From Actinomycetota bacterium (GTDB lineage: Bacteria > Actinomycetota > UBA4738 > HRBIN12): a stretch of DNA of 64,000 nucleotides. The stretch is from contig JAXDJX010000016.1 of assembly GCA_034667405.1 (NCBI GenBank), positions 8,159 to 72,158 of the forward strand. Reading direction: 5' to 3'. Positions 56,726-64,000 of this stretch are shown here, piece by piece (positions within the stretch are counted from its first letter, which is position 1; every line of letters starts with the position of its first letter). The position numbers and the translations under genes are program-made. The notes under the pieces were generated by a model. It worked only from the letters and a program-made list of their open reading frames with translations. It had not been told where the DNA came from and did no database searches.

Positions 56726-58692
56726 GCGCTGACGTTCTTGCCTTCGGCACCTGGCCTTCGCCGATCACGGCGGCGATGCTGGTCGAGGGTGGGCTGAGCC
56801 TCTCCGAACTCTGGCTCGAGGACGGCATCACCTACTGGCGAGAGGGCCGCCCGGCCGAAGGCGGCCGCGGCGTCATCGTCCGCGGCGACCCCTGGTCCAC
56901 CCCGGTGGACGTTATCCCAGAGGGGTTCAACGCCCGTACCACCGTCCACGAATACGGGGGCGGCAGCTACGTGGTGCACCGGGGCACGGTGTGGTTCTCG
57001 AACATGGCGGATCAGCGGCTCTATCGCGTGACACCCGGCGGCGGAGCCCCAGAGCCCATCACGTCCGACACGAACGGCACCCATCGCTACGCCGATGGGC
57101 GGGTCACCACCGACGGGTCGCTCCTCATCACCGTTCGCGAACGCCATGACGGTGGCGACCGGCCCGAGAACGTCATCAATGAGATCGCCGTTCTGCCCGC
57201 GGACGGGTCGGGAGCGCCGCGGACCATCCTCGGCGGCCGCGACTTCTATGCCGCCCCACGGATCTCCCCCGACGGGACGAAGCTCTGCTGGCTCGAATGG
57301 GATCTCCCGTTCATGCCGTGGGACGGCACGGAACTATGGGTCGCCGATCTCGCAGCCGACGGCTCGGTCGGTTCGCCTGGCCTCGTAGCCGGCCGGCTCC
57401 CCCGAGGGGATGCACCCGGCCGGGCCGTGGTCGCACCGGAATGGAGCCCATCCGGCGAGCTCCATTTCGTGGATGATCCCGACGGCTGGTGGAATCTCTA
57501 TCGCGAACGAGATGGCGATATCGTCGCCCTCACTTCCCTGGAGGCCGAGTTCGGATGGCCGGCGTGGGGGTTCGGTCAGCGGCCGTTCGGATTCCTGTCG
57601 GACGGACGGATCGCCTGTCTCTACGGGCGGGACGGCGTGCAGCACGCGGCGATCCTGGACCCGACCTCCGGAGAACTCCTGGATCTCGATCTTCCGCACA
57701 CCGCCATCGACTGGCCTCAGGTGGCGGTGGAAGGAAGCACGGCCTCGCTCATCGCGGCGGGCCCCAGCCTGCCCGTGCAGGTGGTGCATCTGGACTTCGC
57801 CTCGCGCGGTGTTGAGGTGCTCCGGGAGAGTGCTGATGTCTCCATCGACCCGGGCTACCTCAGCGAACCTGTTCCCATCGAGTTCCCTACAGAGGGGGGA
57901 CTCACCGCGCACGCGCACTACTACCCCCCGGCGAACCCGGCCGCCACGGGTCCCGACGGCGAGCTTCCGCCGTTGATCGTGCACAGTCATGGAGGCCCAA
58001 CCGCCGAACACACGCCGGCGCTGGAACTGGAGGTGCAGTACTTCACTTCTCGTGGATTCGCCTTGGTGGACGTGAACTACGGGGGCTCGACCGGTTTCGG
58101 CAGGGGTTACCGCGAGCGTCTCTACGGGACCTGGGGCGTCGTCGACACGATGGATTGCATCAATGCCGCGAAGCACCTGGCGGCACAAGGACTCGCCGAC
58201 CCGAACCGTCTCATCATCACCGGGGGAAGCGCCGGCGGCTACACCACGCTCTGCGCCCTTACCTTCCACGACGACTTCGCGGTGGGTTCAAGCTACTTCG
58301 GGTTGGCGGATCTTGAACCGTTCGCCACCGGGGAAACGCACAAGTTCGAGTCTCGGTACTTGGATCAGCTGATCGGACCGTTCCCGGCGTTCGCCGACAC
58401 GTTCCGGGCGCGCTCTCCGATCCACTACGTGGACCTGTTGTCGTGTCCGGTCCTCCTGCTCCAAGGCGCTGAGGATGAAGTGGTGCCGCCCGCGCAGGCC
58501 GAGATCATGGTCGAGGCGCTGAAAGCCAAGGGCATGCCCTACGCCTATCTATTGTTCGAAGGTGAACAGCACGGGTTCCGCAAGGCCGAGAACATCATCA
58601 CCGCCACGCAGGCCGAACTGTCCTTCTACGGACAGATCCTGGGATTCGAGCCGCCCGACGTCCCCCGGCTCTCCATCGAGAACGCTCCCTAG
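56722..58692 (+). CDS. S9-family peptidase (dipeptidyl/acylaminoacyl peptidase-like)
   Basis: FGTWPSPIT N-terminal motif, VHEYGGG, HGGPT, GGSAGG, HKFESRY, GEQHGFR; probable CTG start at 56722. Confidence 0.93.
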   Translation: MSADVLAFGTWPSPITAAMLVEGGLSLSELWLEDGITYWREGRPAEGGRGVIVRGDPWSTPVDVIPEGFNARTTVHEYGGGSYVVHRGTVWFSNMADQRLYRVTPGGGAPEPITSDTNGTHRYADGRVTTDGSLLITVRERHDGGDRPENVINEIAVLPADGSGAPRTILGGRDFYAAPRISPDGTKLCWLEWDLPFMPWDGTELWVADLAADGSVGSPGLVAGRLPRGDAPGRAVVAPEWSPSGELHFVDDPDGWWNLYRERDGDIVALTSLEAEFGWPAWGFGQRPFGFLSDGRIACLYGRDGVQHAAILDPTSGELLDLDLPHTAIDWPQVAVEGSTASLIAAGPSLPVQVVHLDFASRGVEVLRESADVSIDPGYLSEPVPIEFPTEGGLTAHAHYYPPANPAATGPDGELPPLIVHSHGGPTAEHTPALELEVQYFTSRGFALVDVNYGGSTGFGRGYRERLYGTWGVVDTMDCINAAKHLAAQGLADPNRLIITGGSAGGYTTLCALTFHDDFAVGSSYFGLADLEPFATGETHKFESRYLDQLIGPFPAFADTFRARSPIHYVDLLSCPVLLLQGAEDEVVPPAQAEIMVEALKAKGMPYAYLLFEGEQHGFRKAENIITATQAELSFYGQILGFEPPDVPRLSIENAP

Positions 58693-58718
58693 GCTCCCCG
58701 CCCAAAACTTCGGACGGC

Positions 58719-59735
58719 CTAGCCGCCGATCATCGACATGCTGCGCACCGGCTGAACGAAGTCGGGGTGGTTCACCCGGTGTCCCGACCATTTCCCCCAC
58801 ACGGCCGCCCGGATGAGGGCAGCCAACTCGTCGTCTCCGGCACCGGTGCGCATCGGTTCACGCAGTTCCGTCTCTTCCATCGCGAACAGACATGCACGAA
58901 CGAACCCTTCGGCGGTGATCCGCAGTCGGTTGCACGTGTCGCAGAACGGTTCGGTGACGCTGTTGATCACACCGACCGCTCCCGGCGCACCATCGGCGAA
59001 CCGATACAGCGCCGCGGGCTCGCTCCCGTTCCCGACCGGTGCCAGGGGGAACGCCGCGTTGATCGTGTCCAGGATCTGCGCGCCGGGGACCACCTTCGCG
59101 CGTTCCCATTCGTGCTGGGCGTCCAGTGGCATGTACTCGATGAACCGCACTTCGTAGCCCGTGTCGCGGGACCATCGTGCGAAGTCGGTCAGCTCTCCGT
59201 CGTTGGTGCCGCCGATGACCACACAGTTGATCTTGATGGGGGTGAGTCCTGCGGCCTCGGCCGCGCGCAGCCCGGCCAACACCTTTTCGAGTGCGTCTCG
59301 CCGCGTCATCTCCAGGAACCGGTGGCGGAGCAGAGAGTCCACGCTGACCGTGGCGCGGTTCACACCGGCGGCGGCCAGCCCGACGGCCTGCCGGTCCAGG
59401 AGCACGCCGTTCGTGGTGAGGGAGATGTCCAGATCGGGGCCGACCTCGCGGAACATCCGGATCAGCGTCGCCAGATCCGAGCGGACCAACGGCTCGCCGC
59501 CGGTGACTTTGATGGACTTCACGCCCAACCCGACGAAGATCCCCAACAACCGGGTCAGTTCTTCGAACGACAGGATCTCGGACTTCGGGAGCCACGCGAG
59601 CCCTTCGGCCGGCATGCAATAGGTGCAACGGAAGTTGCAGCGGTCGGTCACGGATATCCGCAGATCATCGGCCACGCGACCGAATCGGTCGATGAGTGGC
59701 CCGGATGCGGGCGGGGAGGTCTCCACGTCGGTCAT
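58719..59735 (-). CDS. moaA: GTP 3',8-cyclase MoaA
   Basis: LRISVTDRCNFRCTYC, TGGEP, FIEYMP, PFC..CNR.R, C-terminal MSMIGG. Confidence 0.97.
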   Translation of the reverse strand: MTDVETSPPASGPLIDRFGRVADDLRISVTDRCNFRCTYCMPAEGLAWLPKSEILSFEELTRLLGIFVGLGVKSIKVTGGEPLVRSDLATLIRMFREVGPDLDISLTTNGVLLDRQAVGLAAAGVNRATVSVDSLLRHRFLEMTRRDALEKVLAGLRAAEAAGLTPIKINCVVIGGTNDGELTDFARWSRDTGYEVRFIEYMPLDAQHEWERAKVVPGAQILDTINAAFPLAPVGNGSEPAALYRFADGAPGAVGVINSVTEPFCDTCNRLRITAEGFVRACLFAMEETELREPMRTGAGDDELAALIRAAVWGKWSGHRVNHPDFVQPVRSMSMIGG

Positions 59736-59783
59736 ATCAGGCACTCAGCCTACCCGTCGCGGTCGTTACGGGCTATGGGCTGG

Positions 59784-60026
59784 TCAGTCGGCGGCCGGGA
59801 ACGTCCCGGCCAGGGTCCGGATGATCTCGGCCAACGCTTCGTGACGGGACAGCCCGTCCGCACGGGCGCGTTCGACGGCCGCGCCCATCAAGAAGGTGGA
59901 GAGCGGGGTGATCTTTCGCTCGACGCTGTGCGCGACATCGCGCGCGGCGTCGAGCAGCAACGACTCCTCTTCCATCGTGAGCGGATCATCTCCGAGCGCG
60001 GCGGCGAAGTCTTCGATCCATCCCAT
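59784..60026 (-). CDS. DUF6457-like small protein (molybdenum cofactor-associated)
   Basis: W...LLD.ARD.AH.VER...PL.TFL.G.A; directly upstream of moaA. Confidence 0.8.
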   Translation of the reverse strand: MGWIEDFAAALGDDPLTMEEESLLLDAARDVAHSVERKITPLSTFLMGAAVERARADGLSRHEALAEIIRTLAGTFPAAD

Positions 60027-60090
60027 GGTTGGGAGCCTACCCTGCGTTCGGCGGTCGGACACCCTCCCACGCCCTCGTAGAATGCCCGGC

Positions 60091-60561
60091 ATGAGGGTCT
60101 TGGTCGCCTACGACAGCAAGAAGGGCACGACCCGCGCCGTTGCCGAACGTATCGCGCTGATCGCACAGGGGACCACCCCGGATGTCACGGTGTCGCATGT
60201 GGGAGCCATCTCGCCGGGGGACGCTGCAGGTGCCGATGTCCTGTTCCTTGGGGCCTGGACGCACGGGATGTTCGTGATCGGCGTGGGACCGTCGGCGGGC
60301 GCGGTGGCGTGGGCGCAGGGCCTGCCACCGCTCCCCGGGACGCTCGGAGCGGTGTTCTGTACCTACGACGTGAACCCCCGGGGAACGCTGGCGGCGATGG
60401 CGTCCCTCCTTCGCGCGAAGGGCACCGACGTGGTCGGCAGCCATGGATCGAAACGACGGAATCGCTTGGCCGGCGTCGAGGATTTCGCTCGGGAGGTCAT
60501 GGTGCAGGCGCGTCAACGGTCCGGGCCGCGTTCATCCGGCGACCGGGCCCTCAGGCCCTGA
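60091..60561 (+). CDS. Flavodoxin-family protein
   Basis: LVAYDSKKGTT..VAE.IA FMN-binding loop, LFLGAW, VFCTY. Confidence 0.85.
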   Translation: MRVLVAYDSKKGTTRAVAERIALIAQGTTPDVTVSHVGAISPGDAAGADVLFLGAWTHGMFVIGVGPSAGAVAWAQGLPPLPGTLGAVFCTYDVNPRGTLAAMASLLRAKGTDVVGSHGSKRRNRLAGVEDFAREVMVQARQRSGPRSSGDRALRP

Positions 60562-60566
60562 GCGGG

Positions 60567-61817
60567 ATGGCTGCCGCCCGCGCCGCCGTGCTCACCGTTT
60601 CCGACGGGGTGACGGCGGGCACCCGAGAGGACGCCTCAGGCCAGGCCGCCGAGGAACTTCTGCGCGCGGCGGGATTCGACGTGGCAACCCGCGCGGTGAC
60701 GCCGGACGAGCGTCCCTCGATCGAAGCAACCATCCGTCGGCTCGCGTCCTCCCACGCCCTGGTGGTCACGACCGGGGGAACCGGATTTGGTCCCCGTGAC
60801 GTGACGCCCGAGGCAACTCGATCGGTGCTCGACCGGGAGGCCCCCGGGTTGGCCGAGGTCATGCGTGCCGCAGGCCTGGCGCACACGCCGATGGCCGCAC
60901 TCTCGCGCGCGGTGGTGGGCTCACTCGGCGCTGCGCTGATCGTGAATCTTCCCGGCAGTCCGAACGGTGTCCGCGAGTCGCTGGAAGCCGTTCTCCCCGT
61001 CCTCCCTCACGCGGTCGAACTCCTGGCCGGTGCGAGCGGCGCACACCCGACGGGTCACACATCGGAAGCCGAGGCGGCGCCGGCGTCCGAACAACCGGCC
61101 GCCGAACCCACCGCGAGTGCGCACGTGCAGGCCACCGCCGTTCGGGTCATGGGATCGCCACCGTGCCGCGTGGGCAACCGGATGTCCATCGTTCCCGGGG
61201 GAGAAATCCATGGCAGCCTGGGATGCGCGGAGTTCGACTCGGCGGCGACGGCGGCGGCCGAAGAGGTGATGCGTGCCGGCGAACCCGAAACCAGAACCCT
61301 CCATCACGACAACGGCGACATCGAGGTGTACTTCGAGCCGGTCTCGCCACCGACCCCGCTGGTCATCTTGAGCGCGACCGATGTCGCTCGAGCGCTCCGG
61401 CTGCACGCCGCCACTCTGTCCGTCGCCCCCATCATGGTCGAACCCAGGACGGAACGTGTCACCGCGGAGGATCGCGCCGGGTTCGCCCGGATCGTCGCCT
61501 CCACGGACGAACTCGAACTCACCGAGCAGACCGAGGTGGTGCTGACCGATCACGACGCGCCGGACGTGACGTCCACGCTGACCGCCCTCCTTCGATCGCC
61601 TGTGCGGTACATCGGGGTCATGGGAAGCCGCCGTCATATCGGTCCGTACGTCGGGGCACTGAAGGACGCCGGCTTCACCGATGAGGATCTGGCCAGGTTG
61701 AATTCGCCGGTTGGATTGGACCTGGGTGGTCAGCGTCCCGACCAGGTCGCGCTTTCCATCGCCGCAGGACTCATCGCCTCTCGCAATGGGCGCCCCGGCG
61801 GGTGGATCACGAGGTGA
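60567..61817 (+). CDS. MogA/MoaB molybdopterin adenylyltransferase fused to an XdhC/CoxI-family domain
   Basis: TVSD...REDASG, TTGGTGFGPRDVTPEA, NLPGSP; then GSLGC, TDHD, YIGVMGSRR, SPVGLDLGG..P..VALSI. Confidence 0.88.
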   Translation: MAAARAAVLTVSDGVTAGTREDASGQAAEELLRAAGFDVATRAVTPDERPSIEATIRRLASSHALVVTTGGTGFGPRDVTPEATRSVLDREAPGLAEVMRAAGLAHTPMAALSRAVVGSLGAALIVNLPGSPNGVRESLEAVLPVLPHAVELLAGASGAHPTGHTSEAEAAPASEQPAAEPTASAHVQATAVRVMGSPPCRVGNRMSIVPGGEIHGSLGCAEFDSAATAAAEEVMRAGEPETRTLHHDNGDIEVYFEPVSPPTPLVILSATDVARALRLHAATLSVAPIMVEPRTERVTAEDRAGFARIVASTDELELTEQTEVVLTDHDAPDVTSTLTALLRSPVRYIGVMGSRRHIGPYVGALKDAGFTDEDLARLNSPVGLDLGGQRPDQVALSIAAGLIASRNGRPGGWITR

Positions 61818-63268
61818 CCCGCGGCCGTGGCGCGATCGCCTTGGCCATCGCGCTCGCCGTCGGTCTCGCGGTCGCGGCCGGCCTGGTGACCGCCGGGTCG
61901 AACGCGGTTCGCCCCGGCTCCGGATATCAACCCGGCACCGACCACCGCCCCGGCTTCCACCATCGCCCGAACGTCATCGTGGTCCTCACCGACGACCAGT
62001 CACTGGACACGCTGCCGCACGATCCGCCCGTCATGCCGTGGCTGCAGTCCCAGATCCAGGATCCCTCGGGACACTGGCAGTGGTTCCCCGATGCGGTCTT
62101 CGATACCCCGCTGTGCTGCCCCAGCCGGGCAACGATCCTGACCGGTCAGTACTCGCATCACACCGGCGTGGTGAACAACGACACCGGCCATCTGCTGGAC
62201 GAGTCCAACACCCTCGCCGTGTGGCTCCACGACTCGGGCTACACCACCGGTCTCATCGGCAAGTATCTGAACCTCTATCCCTTCGGCCGGGGGAACTACG
62301 TGCCCGCTGGTTGGGACCGATGGTTCGCGAAGCTCAACGAATCGGCGTCAACCACCTACTTCGGGTACGACGTGGTCGATCAGGGCGTACTCCGTTCCTA
62401 TGGACACGATCCGACCGACTACGTCACCCGCGTCCTCACAGAGCAGGCCGTCGACTTCGTCCGAACGGCGCCGACATCCGAGCCGTTCTTCCTCTACTTC
62501 ACCCCACCCGCGCCGCACTTTCCGTGGACCCCGGCGCCCGGTGATGCCGGCGCTTATCAGGGCGGCACGCTGGTTCCCCCCCCGGCCGACACCGCCTCCG
62601 TGATCGGGATGCCCGACTGGGTGCGAGCCCTACCCCCGCTAACGACTCATGACATCGCGGTCCAGCAGACGGAACGCCGTCGGCAATACGACACGCTGCT
62701 TGGCGTCGACCGCTCCGTCCACGACATCGTCGATGCCGTGGACGCCCGGGGAGACCTTTCCAACACCTACATCTTCTTCCTCACCGATAACGGCTATTCG
62801 TTCGGAGAACACCGGATCGTTGGGAAGCGTTGCCCCTACGAGGAGTGCATCCGCACGCCGTTCGCCGTGTACGTCCCCGGTGGGGAATCCGGCACCGACC
62901 CGCACCTCGTTTCCAACGTCGATCTGGCCCCGACCATCGCGGCGCTGGCCGGTGTCACGCCGAAGCTCCCCGAGGACGGCTCGAGCTTCGCCCGCAGCCT
63001 CGTGGATCCTGCGGCCCCCGTTCGCCACCAGGCGAAGCTCATCGAGTGGGCGGGTGACCCCCAGGTTCCCCCGTGGTGGGGCGTTCGCACCCCGGACTTC
63101 GCCTACATCGAAACCGGCTCTCAGGTCGAGCTCTACGATCTGACGGGTCGCCTTGGTCCCCCCGACCCTCAGGAGCTGCACAACGTCGCCGCCCTTCCGG
63201 TCTATGCGGAGATCCGCGCGCGGCTTGCGGCGCGTCTCCTCGTTCTCCGAGACAACTCAACCCCGTAA
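61814..63268 (+). CDS. Secreted Cys-type sulfatase
   Basis: PNVIVVLTDDQ, LCCPSRATILTG, GKYLN, APH.P, TDNG...GEH...GK; GTGA-coupled to the upstream gene. Confidence 0.93.
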   Translation: MTRGRGAIALAIALAVGLAVAAGLVTAGSNAVRPGSGYQPGTDHRPGFHHRPNVIVVLTDDQSLDTLPHDPPVMPWLQSQIQDPSGHWQWFPDAVFDTPLCCPSRATILTGQYSHHTGVVNNDTGHLLDESNTLAVWLHDSGYTTGLIGKYLNLYPFGRGNYVPAGWDRWFAKLNESASTTYFGYDVVDQGVLRSYGHDPTDYVTRVLTEQAVDFVRTAPTSEPFFLYFTPPAPHFPWTPAPGDAGAYQGGTLVPPPADTASVIGMPDWVRALPPLTTHDIAVQQTERRRQYDTLLGVDRSVHDIVDAVDARGDLSNTYIFFLTDNGYSFGEHRIVGKRCPYEECIRTPFAVYVPGGESGTDPHLVSNVDLAPTIAALAGVTPKLPEDGSSFARSLVDPAAPVRHQAKLIEWAGDPQVPPWWGVRTPDFAYIETGSQVELYDLTGRLGPPDPQELHNVAALPVYAEIRARLAARLLVLRDNSTP

Positions 63269-63310
63269 AGGTCTGGACCTGCGCAAGACCGGGAGTACAC
63301 TCGCGCCACC

Positions 63311-64000
63311 GTGCAACAGCGACCCAGTCAGATCATCCGGCCGGCCGGCCCTCGGCACCGTCGCCCCTCTCGTCAACAGATCGCTCGCCGTCGTGCATCC
63401 GCGTTATTCATCCTTGTGGCGGTGGCCGTGATCCTGGCGGTGTACCTCTGGCCCGAGAGCGCCACACCTAAGCCGGGCGGACCGTCGGCGACGGGTGGTG
63501 GTACCAGTCCAGCTGCCACCAACCCGATCAAGCACGTCGTGTTCATCGTCAAGGAGAATCGAAGCTTCAACAGCTACTTCGGGGCGTACCCCGGGGCGGC
63601 GGGATCCACGGTCGGGAAGACGCTCAGGTGCACAGCCGCCGCGGGCTGTGTTCCCGGGCCAAACTACCCGTTGAAGCCCGCGCTCGATGTTCAGCCGCAC
63701 GACATCACGCATGGATTCGAGAGCGGGCTGTACGCCATCGACGGCGGGAAGATGGACGGCTTCAACATCATCGGCTCCGGTCAGGACATGAGCGGCTACG
63801 TGCAGTTCAAACGCCAGGGCATCCCCAACTACTGGGCATACGCCGACCACTACACGCTGGCCGATCATTTCTTCACGTCGATGTACGGCCCCACCTTCCC
63901 CGAACATCTCTACACGGTTGCGGCGCAGTCCAATGGGATCGTCGACAACAAGTCAACGGTCGACCATCCCGGGAGTTATTGCACGGACCCCACCGAGACG
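63311..64000 (+). CDS. Phosphoesterase / phospholipase C family protein (partial, runs off the window)
   Basis: Translated by hand from GTG 63311: TM segment, then NPIKHVVFIVKENRSFNSYFG, GKMDGF, IPNYWAYA...LADHFF...GPTFPEHL. Confidence 0.88.
   Translation, partial: MQQRPSQIIRPAGPRHRRPSRQQIARRRASALFILVAVAVILAVYLWPESATPKPGGPSATGGGTSPAATNPIKHVVFIVKENRSFNSYFGAYPGAAGSTVGKTLRCTAAAGCVPGPNYPLKPALDVQPHDITHGFESGLYAIDGGKMDGFNIIGSGQDMSGYVQFKRQGIPNYWAYADHYTLADHFFTSMYGPTFPEHLYTVAAQSNGIVDNKSTVDHPGSYCTDPTET

Overview
High-GC bacterial chromosomal segment, most consistent with a deep-branching Actinomycetota lineage (inference from the zincin-tilS-hpt-ftsH-fol-pan-coaX-lysS-clpC and radA-carD-PIN/TRAM-ispDF-rlmB gene orders, DUF3263/LytR_C and a CIRCE-groEL locus). 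Most of the window is core housekeeping, plus two tRNA-Thr genes, acs, groEL, larE, moaA, peptidases, a sulfatase and a phosphoesterase. I found no mobile element, prophage or CRISPR array. The most notable region is 1-10.8 kb. It holds three tandem paralogous membrane sensor kinases (one lacks the phospho-acceptor His), a NarL-type regulator, a NarL regulator fused to a class III adenylate cyclase, and two USP domains resembling the cAMP-binding Rv1636 family, one of them fused to an ABC1/UbiB atypical kinase. Together these suggest a self-contained phosphorelay-to-cAMP-to-kinase circuit (hypothesis). Other highlights are a leader-peptide/hairpin attenuator-like leader in front of a RIO1 kinase, a nucleophile-less alpha/beta hydrolase and a NadC N-domain relic inside the folate/pantothenate operon, pervasive leaderless TAnnnT promoters, two probable CTG starts, a 7-codon uORF coupled to an MFS-cNMP transporter, an HPPY PrmC paralogue, a MogA-XdhC fusion and a frameshifted yjbQ. 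All family calls come from motif recognition by eye, not from database searches.
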